This document shows positions 38,013 to 51,495 of a stretch of DNA of 64,000 nt, piece after piece; position 1 is the stretch's first letter; every line of letters starts with the position of its first letter. The stretch is from Octopus sinensis (Eukaryota), in assembly GCF_006345805.1 (NCBI RefSeq), contig NC_042999.1:98766001-98830000 (forward strand). Reading direction: 5' to 3'. The notes below the pieces were generated by a model. The model saw only the letters and a list, made by a program, of their open reading frames with translations, was not told the origin of the DNA and did no database searches. The position numbers were made by a program, and so were the translations under genes.

Positions 38013-39972
38013 TACTCTCTTAAAAAGAGTATCGTTTATTGGGTAACATGTTCCTGGGAGTACTCTTTCAAGAAAAACAAGATAAAATACTTGTGGCTGG
38101 AATGTTTTTGATCATACATCATCTTGTTTAGAGCTGACCTGGGGCTAAACAATGATAAAAACAGCAACTACAATATGATACTTGTGTTAGTTATTGACAA
38201 AGTCTTTAGCTCATTATCCACTCTGCCCCACATCTTTTTTATGTACTACTCTGAACCTGTTATCACACTGTGTCTGTGACTGGTACTTTCATATCTCTTC
38301 AGATTTTTGAGAAAATTATTTTAAGATAATACCCTAGCTGGCATAATCAACATTATTATGTAGCCAATGGGGAAGCATTCATGTGATTGATTGACCTGCT
38401 AGAAATAGCAGCCAAATTCCCTTTATATCAGACAGCTGTTTTTTAAAAAGAATACATAAAATAAACTTAGATTTATTAAGTGTGAACAAGAAAGACAGGA
38501 TGTTTATGGCTGGAATGCATTTAACCATAAATCTACTCAAAAAAGGCTTAACTGAATCTAAAATATAACACACATGGACACATGTCAGCCAACAATCAAT
38601 ATAACCTTTTTTGCAAAATCACTATAATTTAAAACCACCTTCTTATTTTTCATATTTCCACCTCACTCAAACATTGGCCTTAAAAAATATACATGGATAA
38701 CTTGCTGTCTGGTTTTTTTTTTCTTATTTCTTATTTCTAATGAAGGACAAATAAATGTGAAATATTTCTGTCATTTATTCCATGTCAAACTAATGCAACA
38801 TTTTATTTTACTAATCATTGTCTATATTTTTATAAAACTGGATGTACTTTTCTTTATGTTGATACAGTCATACTTGTATCCATACCAAATTATCTCCTGG
38901 AGTAACAACCCTGACACTTTTGGTTTACAATTTTGGATTCTCATGGATTACCATTTCTAATTACATTGGATCTAATTTATTACATTATATGTGTGTACAT
39001 TTTTTTTTTCACATGTGAACTAGAGAGGGAATAGCAAAATACTTCAAACCAAGTGGGTAAATGACTGGAAAGTTTGTAAATCTAAACTTCTGAAATGATA
39101 TATATTTTCACAGATCTATCACTACTATATTTTCTCAGGTCCATTACAATTCTACTTTCTATGTCTATGTTGCTTCTGTTTTTCTGAATCCTAGTATTCC
39201 AAGCTTGTAACTAAAGTAGTTTCTTGTAGTGCCCCCATAAATCTAGAATTATAATCCACTTAAAATATTTGCAAAGTTTTCATTATATTTTTGTGTATGT
39301 GTTTGTGTGGGTATATACATCTCATCATCACCCTCATAATCATAATCATCATTTGACTGTCTAGTCCATGCCAGCATAGTTTAGATAACTGTCACAGTTT
39401 GAGTCAGTTCTTATTTGTGTTACTGCCCTCATAGATAGCTGAGGCAACCATGTCTCACTCTTTCATTCTATTTTTGCCTGGCTTCTGCAGCTGGTTGCCC
39501 TTCTGATTGTCATCCGTTTTCCAGAGTTTACTAGATTCAATATATCATATTACCAGCATTAGACACGATGACACCTGAAAAACATTGAAGTATCCTCTCT
39601 GTTCTCATTTGTCTCCATTTGTTCAAGGAAGATGTGACTGAATGAGTAAGCAGAAGAGAAAATGGTGACGGAGGGAGAACCAGGTGAGATAATATTTAAA
39701 AAACCCCAGAAGAATGAGTATTAAGGGAGATATATTGCAGTTTTTGCTAGCCATACATACATGCACGTACACACACACAAACATATATACAAAAAGCTGC
39801 CACATCCAGGTTAAATGTTATATTTCTGCAGATTTGTATGGCATATATAATATAATATATGCAATAACTCTGTGTGAGTGTGTGTGTGTGTATATATATA
39901 TATGTATATATATAGAATATATAAGGAAAATATATTTGGGTGCATGCACACAAACATGCACACACATATGTA

Positions 39973-40011
<39 letters not shown>

Positions 40012-41588
40012 CATCAAAGCTATACATTTTTCCATCTAGTTTCAGCGTAGACAGTTTGTAAGTAAAAGGGAAGTTAGCTATTTTCCCAAGAGAAATTCAC
40101 CATAGAGAACATATCAAAGGAAGTTCATATGTACGTATCATCCGATGGGATTTGTGATATATCTTTGTCATGTGGACATTAGTCAAGAAAGACAGAAAAT
40201 TTTCCAGAAATACTGAATTTGATATTTATAGATATATGGAATTGTAAATCCACAAGAACATTATGTCTTCAATCAGTACAGCTGTAGACAAATCATAAAA
40301 GTAATAAAAGATGAAAGTTGTGTGTGTTTAAACGCACTCAAACACACACACAAAAAGACATGCATGCACATGTACATACATGCACACGCACACACATATG
40401 TGTACATAAACACACACATACCTCTCTCCAAATGAAACAACTTGCAAGAATCATGTAACTATTGACACAAAATTTTATATATATGCACACACATACATAC
40501 ACACATATATACACTTTCATCCATTTTATGTCCATTTTTACATGTTAGTATGGCAATGCACTTTTTGTTGCTGACTTGCCTATCTGTTTTTCAAATAAAG
40601 CGCCTTTAATTCCATTAATCTTTAGAAGGTCCAGAGCTAGTAGATAATTTGTTAACATAGATTAACATTTCTAGCTCAGCAGTTTTTTTATGCAACGTGC
40701 AGAATGCAAACATTCACACAGATATTGATATATACACATACATGCATATATATATACATGCAACCATACATACATGGTGACTGTAGACTTGGATGACAAA
40801 TTATCTTATTTTTTTTTTCCAGTAACCATACATACATGCATGCATGTATATGATGGGATTCATACAGGTTCTCTTTATCAAATTCTTGACCTTAGAAGTA
40901 TGAAAATCAAAGTGGACTTGAGCAGGAATTGATCTCAGAATGTAAATTTCATCCCTCTATCCGTCTTCTCTGCCCACTATTTCTGGATGTGGGGGTGGAA
41001 TAAAGTCCTTAGGCACCTCCTTCATTAAGTTCTATCAGAAACAACTGTCATTAAACTTTCTGGCTGGATTCCCATGCATGACCGGCAGAGACTATGGATG
41101 TTAGCTAAGCATCTTGTTCTTGTTCTACCCCTAAACTTGGTTGGCTCACTTGAAGTTTCTGTCTTGCAATTCTTCCCTGTGACATTCAAGTCACATATCT
41201 GTTGTACAAGAGCTGTGATCTTTCAATGCAGAGAAATAGCGGCTTAATCTGCAGAGGCTCCTTTGTATCCAAGCCATGTACTCTGTCAAGTAATATTACT
41301 TCAGGGATCCTTTGAAGGAACACATCATTCCTTTCAAGAAAGTTTTCCCAGTGCACTCTGCATGTTAGTGAAACATCACTGTGACAAGCAGAGAATAAAA
41401 AAAGAAGCTAAACTAGCTACCTTTAATTTGATTTCTTAGCTTATCGTCACCTTTGATCATGAATGTTGGATAATGACCAAAAGAGCATAATAGCAAATGT
41501 AAAATGAAATGAAATACCGTAAGGTATTCTGCAGATGAAAATATATTTTGTCTTGCTAAGGAGCTTTTACACTAAAAGCTATATTTAA

Positions 41589-41809
41589 CTCTTTCATTAC
41601 TGTATTTATTTTGAGATACTTTGTGTTTCTTTCAATTATTTTAAATATAACAAAGAATTTAGTAAAATAACTTAGTTATCATTAAGTTAGTGTTAGGAAC
41701 ATAAATTGTGACTAAGGTTTGGTGGAAGATTTTAATTCAGAACTTTTGAAAACAAGACATTTGTACTGCAGGGCCAGAGCTGGTTTCAGCCGGGTTGGTA
41801 ACAAAAGGG
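41589..41809. mobile_element. piggyBac-like MITE (family P2)
   Basis: TTAA at 41585-88 and 41810-13; imperfect TIRs ctctttcattac / gtaacaaaaggg. Confidence 0.6.
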
Positions 41810-41982
41810 TTAAGAGAGAACTTATTATTTCAAATACAGCAGTTATTAAATAATGTGCTGCATATGTTTATAACTTACCTACAACTGTCTGTAGAGAGAA
41901 TGATTCTATAATTTAAGAGTGCCTATATTAGCCTCATCTTCAGAGATGAAAAATTATTTCCATCTTTTGTACATCTTGATCA

Positions 41983-42175
41983 GTGGATCTCTGGGAAGTT
42001 TTATTTTCAAAATAAAGAATTCATTATTTTTAAGGATTATTTTTTTACTTCATGAGTGCATTGGAGATTAAACAAACAATTACTGAAGTGTTGGAATTTA
42101 AAAAAAATTACTGGGGTGCAATTCACATAAGTTAAACAAAAATCAGTTGGAAATTAAAAGTTGAAAAAGCTCCCA
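41983..42175. mobile_element. Possible decayed hAT-like MITE
   Basis: Starts cagtggatctc and ends ggggtgca...aaaagttgaaaaagct, resembling cagtggttctc / ggttgagaaccactg ends. Confidence 0.35.
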
Positions 42176-42559
42176 GAAAACTATTGTTTAGCATGTTTTA
42201 TTAATCATACTTATGTATAATAAAATTCAAAGTTCTCAAGTATTGGTATGAATTTTTTTAAACCATAATTTATATTTTTTAATCTATAGTGCATTTAGAT
42301 ATCCCATGCAGTGCTCTTGTTAAGAACCACTGCATTAAATAATTAAGTCCTAGACACCTGCTACAGAAAGAACAAGATGGGGATAATTATGGAAATATAC
42401 CTTTGACCATAGATCACCTCAGCTGAGTATTGACTCAGGGCTAAATAACAAAGTGCATTTGCAACAAAACAAATGTCATCTTATCCAAACCAATACTAAG
42501 TTATTCTGAATGTGTTGTAATTCATTCTATCTGCTTAGCTTGATCCATAGAAACTCCTG

Positions 42560-42785
42560 TCACTTTCTTTCCCTGGCACATCTTTACAATTTATCTACTT
42601 CTCCTATTCCTCCTGATCCTCCTTCTGAGGTCTATGTTGAGATTATAGCAGCTCTCACTTTCTCTATCAATAGACTTAGTAGTATAATTCAATTACTCAA
42701 CACAACTACTTCAATTATGCTATCTATACACCTCTCTGTTAAGAGTATGTCTACTCTACCAGTACCTGATTTCAGTACACTACAA
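42560..42785 (-). mobile_element. RTE-type apurinic endonuclease (APE) coding fragment
   Basis: KSGTGRVDILLTERCIDSIIEVVVLSN*IILLSLLIEKVRAAIIST matches the G.G.VGILL...V.EV..VSDRII.L...IIS.YAP pattern of RTE endonucleases. Confidence 0.75.
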
Positions 42786-44203
42786 ACAAACACTCTCTCT
42801 CTTTCTTTCTCTCTCTCTCTGTTTCTCTCTCTCTCTCCCTGTTTTTCTCTCCCCATCTCTTTCACACACATCCTCTCTGTCACTCTCTCATTCTCACTCT
42901 CACTCATATATGTACACACATACACACACTTGCATACACTCACATATATACACACACATATAAATGCACTTTCATATACACATGCACCACACATTGTCAT
43001 AGGCATACATGCTCACACATACATTCATATTCACACACACGCACACACACACACAATTATTCCTACACATATTTAATCACATGCAAAAATTTCTACAAAA
43101 TCACTCACATATGTATCCAGCATTCACACAAACACACATGCAAGCATACACGTATACACTATACATATATAAGCAATACACATATGCACTTTTACCTATA
43201 CAATATACACATATGTATTCTCACATAAAAACACACAATTCACACACAATTGCTTATTAAATCAAATACAGACACATCTGCCCAATCACTCATACATACT
43301 CATGTACACTCACACACACACGAATGCAGATATAGACTTATACATACATGTAAGAACAGACATAAGCAATATTACACCCACCCCCACCAAAACACACACA
43401 CAAATATACATAACCTACAATAACGCAGTAGCCAAAACTAAGCTAATAAAAACTAGAGATAAAGAGAATGGTAGAGAAATGGTAGTTTTGAAGAATAATT
43501 AACTTCAGTAGTTCCATCTTTACAAATGTTAGCATTTTGCTGTTGTTTAACCCTAGGCAGTTCCAATCAATCAGATCAAAGAGTTTCCAGTCATAGCCAT
43601 TTTTCATTGTGGTTTTTCTTTCAAACATCATATATTCTGGACTACATGATCAAATGAATTCTTTTTTACTTTAAGATCTTCGGGTACAGTTTGAGGAAGA
43701 TTTTACGGTAAAATTTGTAGCAGTTCAAGTAACTATTATGAATTATATAGAATGTCTCTCATTGGTTCATGTTGGTGTTTATATAAACTGATAGTAAAAT
43801 TTGAAACTTTAAACATATTTTTTGCTGGTTTCAGTCATTGAGCTACAGACATTAAACACTACCTTTAAGGGTAGATTCAATTATATCAACCTCAAGTGTT
43901 TATTTTATTGATTTGCGCATTTGTTTATCTATTGAACTTGAAAAGATAAAACGCAAGACAAACTCTAGCAGAGTTTGAACTCAGAGCATGTCAGGAGTTA
44001 TTTTGCACAATGCTCAACAGATTCTCTTTCAAGTACAACATGTCACAATATGTACTGTTTATGAAACAATACAGTAAAGTAGATGATATATGTCTAATAG
44101 TAAAATATATTTGATGAAATATATCAAAATTGTTAATGAATAAAGAAAAAAAGGAATGTTTGGTTTTTCCTTCAACATAAGTTGTCAGTATTTCAATGTA
44201 TTT

Positions 44204-44247
<44 letters not shown>

Positions 44248-44248
44248 T

Positions 44249-44287
<39 letters not shown>

Positions 44288-44380
44288 CACTACTACTACC
44301 ACCACTACTACTACTACTACTACTACTGCCACCACCACCACTACTAATGCCACTACTAAAACTGCTGCTGCTGCAGCCAC
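44204..44380. repeat. (ACT)n trinucleotide tract grading to (ACC)n and (GCT)n
   Basis: Direct reading. Confidence 0.95.
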
Positions 44381-44453
44381 CAATATCTGAATAAAATTGT
44401 GTTGCTATGTAATTATGTGTGTGAATGTATTTCTACTGCACACACACATACAA

Positions 44454-44484
<31 letters not shown>

Positions 44485-46535
44485 CACACGCACACACATG
44501 CATGCACACATCTATTCCAGTTTGTGTAACTGATTTCATTTAGTAACGTAACTTGTAGCTCAACCACCATATTGATATGTTGAATAGTGATAACTGACTG
44601 CATACTTAATATCTTCAAATAACTTGCCAAAAACGAAAAGAAAAAAGAAAAATAAAGGAAAAAATGGCAATTCTTCATTTTGAGTAAAAAAACAAAAAAA
44701 ACAACAAAGCATCACTTATAAAATATTGGGATCCCTAACTTCAGTAGTTTCTCAGACATTTGACTTGAACCTTAAATATTCAATCTGCCAAACAAACTGG
44801 TTGAAATCATGTGGCACCTCATATTTTGGTGAACTCATATCTGGAATGGTAAGAGGGAAAGTAAGGAAACTATTCAGTATACCAATGTTTACTCCTGTAT
44901 ATGGAAGTATTATTTATTCTGTATATCCTGTCATTGACCCTGTTTCTTTTGGAATTCACTACTGATGACTGCATGTGCCACATGTAAATAGATTCCTTGA
45001 CTCAGTCTACTGACGCAAGAATTATATTCTATAAGCGGAATATTTGCCAAGTGAGTTGTATAATGTCACTGAAGATAGCAAACTGGAAAGGGTTTTACAT
45101 TTTTGTCAGCTGTCATATGGATGATGAGACTGAACTGAGACAAAAGTCTGCTGCCATAGATGCATGTAATCAACTTCAGCACTACTTTTACTCATTTTCC
45201 TTGAATTACTACAGTCCATGACCTAGCTGTTTGTTTGGGTTGTGAATTGAAGAAGTGGGTTAATAACAAGAAGTCAAGGTATTCAATAGAATCAGGAAGG
45301 AAGGAGCTGGATTATGTGTGTGTGTGTGTGTGTAGGAGGGGGTGGCGGTTCTATAGTATTTCTGTGCAGCCAAGTAGCCATTTCTGTGTACACACATGAG
45401 CAACCAACGTCATCGGAGCTTGCTTACTGCTACAATGATGAGTTGCAGGAAAGCTGCTAGTAGAAGCTAGTTAATTCCATCGGAATCAGTTTCATTGTGT
45501 GCACAGGCGTGTATGTAATTACATGTGCGTTTCTGTTTTTATATAAATATGTGTACGTGTATGTGTTGCCATCTGATCATCTGTATTCATCTGTATGTTT
45601 GCTCGCATTTGATTCTGTGTGTGTGTATGTGTGTGTATATGTATACACTTTGTGTGTATTGTCTTGGGGAAATATATGTTGATATCTTCACGAAAGCATG
45701 TGGGTTGTGTTTAATTTATTTTTGTGCTGTATGCATATATATATATATATATGAATATACTTAACTATGTATATTGGTATGTATGTATGTTTTAGTGAGT
45801 GTGTCTGTGTATGCATTGTTAATGTATAGGCTTATATGCAAGTATATGTGTGTATGTTTACATTAATGTTTTGCTTGCATATATTTCTGTGTAGGTAAGC
45901 TAATCCAGGAAGTACATACCACTCGTTTGCTTAAATATCAGTACATTTTCACTTTCACTACACACTTATATTTTAGATTGTATATGCATATCTTCTTTTT
46001 TTTCCCCCTGATTTGATTATATTCGTATGGGTATTTAACTTAGATAGCAAATTTATATATTTTTTATTTTCTATGTTTGCATGTGTGTATGTGTGTGTAT
46101 GCATATGTGCATCTGTGTATGTGTAAGCTCATGGGTATCTGTGTGTATGTATGCATGTCTGTGTGTGTATATATTTATGAATGTATGTATGCATGTGTAT
46201 ATATAAAAATATGCTAATATGCTGAGCTTCTTTTGGTTTACCTTGGGTAACATTTTCAAAAGAACTGGTATCAATTTCTGACAGCTTGGTGAAGTGAAGC
46301 CAGCCATTTAATACACAGTTCTTCTTTGAAATACAATAAAACACCTGCAGTAGGTCTGAACTTAGAATCTATTACTAGGTAGTCTAGTACCTTATGCAAT
46401 TTATAGTCTAGCCTCTGCACTATGCATGCAAATAGGTGTGTGTCTATTCTGTGTTTCATAACCAGAGCCAAAGTAGCTGTTGAACCAACAGAAGGGAACC
46501 AATACAAAATGACTTGCAATGTTTTATATCATCTT

Positions 46536-47211
46536 AATGCAGCGAGGTAGAATCATTAGCATGCTGGGAAAAATGCTTAGAAGCATTTCATCCATCACAT
46601 TTTGAGTTCAAATTTCACAGAGATTGACTTTGCCTTTCTTCCTTTCAGAGTCTATAAAATAAGTACCAGTTGAGCCCTGGGGTCAATGTAACTGACTTAG
46701 CCCTTTCCCCAAACCTGCTGGCCTTGTGCCAAAATTTGAAACCAATATTTTATATTGCTTTGGGTGTTGGGCTGGCAGAACCATTAGCACATCAGACAAA
46801 GTGCTTAGTGGCATTTCACCCATCTTTATGTTCTGAATTCAAATTCTGCCGATGTTGAGATTGCCCTTCATCCTTTCAGGGTTGATAAATTAAGTACCAG
46901 TTGAACAGTTGGGGGTCAATGTAATCAACTTTCCCACCATTCAAAAATTACTGGCTTTGTGCCAAAATAAGAAAAGAATATTTCATATCATCTTAAGGTG
47001 GGGAGCTGGTAGAATCATTAGCACACTAGAAAAATGACCAGGGGCATTTTATTCATCTTCATGTTCCAAATTCAAATGCTATTATGGTCAACTTTACCTT
47101 TCATCCTTTTGGGGTTGATAAAATAAGTAACAGTTGAGCACCGAGGTCGATTTAATCAATTTAGCAACCCCCTTAAAATTGCTGGCCTTGTGCCAAAATT
47201 TGAACCCAATA
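46536..47211 (+). mobile_element. Head-to-tail trimer of family B SINEs separated by a recurring spacer
   Basis: Bodies at 46536-46747, 46761-46980 and 46995-47211; ttt(t/c)atatcatctt at 46522, 46981 and 47212, with a diverged version at 46748. A degraded fourth body follows to about 47365. Confidence 0.85.
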
Positions 47212-47365
47212 TTTTATATCATCTTTCTATGCTTCAAGTTCAAATGTTGCCTGGTTCAACATTACTTCATTTTACAGGGGTGATAAAATAAATACCTGAA
47301 TTTGAGGGGTTAATCCAATTAGTTGTACTAGTCTTAGTCTGAAAATTTGTGGTCTTGTTTCAATA

Positions 47366-47449
47366 CAGGTCCTTGTCAACTTATGGCCACAATTGGTTCC
47401 AACTGACTGGACATAAGTCAATTTGGCTGTAAGTTGACTTATAAACCTA
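47366..47449. mobile_element. Tigger-like (Tc1/pogo) miniature element
   Basis: TA-CAGG start; inverted repeats gtcaacttatggcca (47375-89) and tggctgtaagttgac (47424-38), 13/15 match. Confidence 0.55.
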
Positions 47450-47559
47450 CATAGCTTTGTTTTATATTTTTACATTCTTAAGGTACATTCTCAGGTAAAA
47501 GTCACACACAGCATTCTGTATTATACTATCATACTGGAGTCTCAAGCAGTTGTCTTATA

Positions 47560-47765
47560 AACAAATACACGGTTGCCTCATTGTCTCCGCGAAAGGTTAT
47601 TCATACAACTACCGGGATAACCTAGGGGAAGCATTCGTTAGCTGACGTCATCCGTAAATGGGTTGATTTCTAAGAAATTTAACCCATTAAATTTCAACTG
47701 GATTATTTATTATTGCTGTCGGGGGCTGGCACGCCAATTGTCATGAAGTCAATCAGTTGTAAGTC
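47560..47765. promoter_or_regulatory. CpG-rich promoter-like island with CRE, CCAAT and a long dyad
   Basis: Local CpG cluster in non-repeat sequence; TGACGTCA 47643-47650; dyad AATGGGTT..AACCCATT 47657-47688; CCAAT 47734-38; ATG AAG TCA ATC AGT T/gtaagt donor at 47759. Confidence 0.5.
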
Positions 47766-48385
47766 AGATAGATCAAAAGTCAACGATAACCTGTATAAGA
47801 AACCATTATTTAAATCTGAGGGAAAAAGAACCATGCTGTTTCTTATTTTGTTAACTTACTGTGTGCATTGCTTATTTATTATGCTTACAACTTGCTATGC
47901 ATACTCAAGTGATTGTAATGAAAAAACTTAACCACTCGTATATTAACCAACTGTCTGACAGTATGATTGATTACTGTTTATGAAGAATTAGTGGCCTTCT
48001 AGTATATTGTTTTTATTTACATGCATTATTTCTAATATCCTTCTCATTATTAGACATTAAACTAATCAACAATCCTATGATTTTTTTTCAGGCTCCCAAT
48101 GCAATTTGATTTAATCTTTATTCACTTACTCAAACACTAAACTTTTTTCCTGGTTTTCTTTTAAACCAAATCAGTTATTCATTTTTCTTTCATTCTTTTT
48201 TTCTTTTTGCAATTATCATTATTTATTTTCGAACCAGGCAAAGTTTTTTTTATATCACAGTCTATTTTCAAACACTCTGTTTACTAACCAAATACCACTT
48301 GTTCTTAGTAAACACCCTGAAGTCAATAGACATCATTTGTGACATATTTAGTCTCCTTTCTCTCAGTTTCTCCCTGCTGACTCAC

Positions 48386-48490
48386 CATCAGCCTTTCCCT
48401 GTCTGGACAGAAAATGTATTGCTTCTCCAGAAAATAACAACTGACATGCTGTGCTGAGAACTTGTCAAAGTTGAATACATCTTGTCACAC
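48386..48490 (-). other. Candidate non-coding (UTR or lncRNA) exon on the minus strand
   Basis: tgtgttttccag acceptor and ATG/gtgagt donor; 105 bp with stops in all three frames. Confidence 0.35.
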
Positions 48491-49119
48491 CTGGAAAACA
48501 CATAGGTTTTGGGTTTGTTTTTATCATAGAGCAGTTATTTAAAGTTGATTGATGTTTTTCTATTCATAAAAAACTTTTGTATTTTCATTGTTTAACAATG
48601 AATACCCATAGCCTTAAGTGTGAACAAACATCTATCTACTCTAATTTGGCATGTTATTTGAAGGATAAAGAAAATATTTAATTAAAAGGTTATATAATAC
48701 TGGACTTTACCACAAAATAATGGAATTTTTTGTCACTTATATATATATGTATGTATATATTTATAAAGTATAAGGAAAGGGAAAAATATATAGATGTAGA
48801 CGATCTTTAATTCAAATTCAAGTTGGTACAAATCCAATATAAATTCTACAAATTGTTTCAAAGTCTAATTGATTCAAGACAAAAATGAAAAACACTTCTT
48901 GAAATAAAAATTAGATTCTTTTTCAGGAATTACATATTGGTATGAATAATTATGATCAACAAAAAATATAAAAAGAACTTTATAGCCCAAACAAGAATAA
49001 ACAATCAAATAATGATAGAAGGAAAGTTATCAGAATGCCAGACTGTTCAAAACAAGAGGAAAAAAAAAATATATATACATATATGTATAAACCACTCCAG
49101 ATATGCTTAGAAGTAATAT

Positions 49120-49530
49120 ATCATCATCATTGTTTAACATCCATTTTTCATGCTGGCATGGGTTGGACCATTTGACTGAAGTTTGGAGAGCCAGTGGCTG
49201 CACCAGGCTCCATTCTGATCTGCCAGTGTTTCTACAGCTGGATACCCTTCCTAATGCCAATCCCTCCAAGAGTGTAGCGGGTGCTTTTTATATGCCACTA
49301 GCACAGGAGCCAGTCAGGTGGGCCTGGCATCAATTATGTTCGGATAGTGATTTTTATGTGCCACCAGCACGGGGGCCAGTTAGGGGGTACTGGCATTGGC
49401 CACATTCGGATGGTGCTTTTTACATGCCACCGGAATGAGAGCCAGTCAGGGGGTACTGGCATCGGCCACGTTTGGATGGTGCTTTTTATGTGCCACCAGC
49501 ATGTGAACCAGTCAGGAGGACCTAGCATCG
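49120..49530 (-). mobile_element. SINE family C with four 66-bp tandem units
   Basis: Units begin tttttaYRtgccac at about 49284, 49350, 49416 and 49482. Another C copy lies at about 50195-50420. Confidence 0.85.
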
Positions 49531-51393
49531 ACCATATATATTATATATATTACTTTATATAGAATTTAGATGTTTTATAGTATACAAATAATCAATATAA
49601 ACAATGCAATTGAAGATAGAAAAATAGGTATTAGGTGTATATGCATATTTCAAGGGTTATTGCACCTTCTTCAGTGCCACATTCAACCCATTACCTATTT
49701 TACTATTGTTGATCACATTGTTTACATAGCTGTGGACGAAAAGTCACAACTTTTGGTGCTGGTTCTAAATTCTATAGAAAATCTGTAGCGATAAACTTTA
49801 AGTGATTGTATTACACTGCTAACACAAAAATAGGACACAGTATTGACTTATAAACCTTTGGTATGCTTGGTAGTTGCAAAACAAAATATGATGTCCCTAT
49901 CAGCAATTTATATTTATATACATACAAAACAGATAAGAGTAGAAATTAAGCAACTTGTAACAGTTAGAAGTTGATCATTAGTATTGAATGATCATTGTTT
50001 AATTATGGTTGAGATAACCTTAGATGGTTGCATAACCTCTAACTCATAATTATATATATATGTGTGTGTGTACATATATACATATACATACATATACATA
50101 GGTAACAAACGCTATTAACTACTTCTGATGAGCGATATGAGCATTCAAGAGACTCAATTTCAAGTGTGCTTCAATGTACTGCTCCAGTGCGCATCATTAT
50201 CATCATCATCATTTAATGTCCTTTGTCCATGTTGGCATGGGTTGGATGGTTTGACTAGAACTGGCAAACAGAGCAGCTGCACCAGACTCCAGTCTGGTTT
50301 GGCATGATTTCTATGGCTTGATGCCCCTCCTAACACCAACCACTTTACAGAGTGTGCTGGGTGCTTTTACATGGTACTACACAAGTATTTTTATGTGGCA
50401 CCACATGGGCGCTTTCACATAGCACTGCCACACACACACACATACGCACACACACACACACACTCTCACATACACATACACACATATACATATGCATCAA
50501 CTAATACATGTGGAAGGAGAGAGAGGTATTCAAAAACAAGTAAACAGTATTACAACAAAACAAGAATCAATAATTATATTTCACATATACACACATGTAT
50601 ACATATGTGCACACATTCATGGTTATTTGTTTAAGTAAGAGTTTAGTTATATTTGAACAACAAATACAAATTAAATAGCATAAAACCAGTGTTAGTAGAA
50701 CTAAAGATGTGTTTGGTTACACTGATTATAAGTACAAGCATGCATGGCTAGTGAGCATTTTAAAGCAGGGAAGTAAAGAAATCTGCTAATATTAGTACAA
50801 TAGTATAATTACTCAATTAGTTGATCAAAGTTGTATGCAAAAGTGAAACTATACTCAGATGACCGGCATAGAAGTAACATTATTAGTTACTTCAACAATT
50901 AGAATCTACATTACAGAGTGTAACCTATACAGGCTTCAATCTGATTGATCAGCTCATGAAAGAAAAATCATACCAAAATTAGTAAAAGACTGAGCAAGGT
51001 GGATTAAGATGTGGTTTAGAATGTTGCAGTCACTGTTTAACCCTGATTGAGTATACGTATGATCAAAGACATTCTAGTCTTTTTCTTGTTAGATACAATG
51101 TATTTATAACTGCAATGATGTACCTTTTCCAAGAGTGTAGGCTGGGATTTAAAGGGGATTTAATTGCTATTTTTACTTGATTTAGTGACCAGCTGGAGTC
51201 TCTTCCATTGGGTTTGCTTGAGTTTCAGTTCATTTATGTACATATGTGCAACAACAGATGCTTCATTTCTTGTGAAGCCACTGCTATAATGTTTCTTACA
51301 TACAAATAAATCACTGCTCTACTTCTATTGACAATTATATGGGTGCCTGTTTCTTCTGACTTATGGATTCTTAGATCTCTCTCTCTCTCTCTT

Positions 51394-51490
<97 letters not shown>

Positions 51491-51495
51491 GGAGA

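Noticed and set aside
40040-40057. 18-nt microexon candidate (ctag/..TTT gtaagt)
   Set aside because: Good splice signals but too short to distinguish from chance without reads.
40930-41400. GC-richer unique-looking block with an open minus-strand frame of about 70 codons
   Set aside because: No recognisable motif or splice signals; probably an unclassified repeat UTR.
43991-44394. Poly-V, poly-Y, poly-L and poly-T ORFs
   Set aside because: Artefacts of the (ACT)n tract.
45400-45446. Short hairpin with ATGATGA (box C or SECIS-like)
   Set aside because: No box D at a plausible distance and no SECIS quartet geometry.
46522-47225. CRISPR-like repeat/spacer appearance
   Set aside because: The long units are homologous SINEs and the short recurring unit is a TSD; eukaryotic context and no cas genes.
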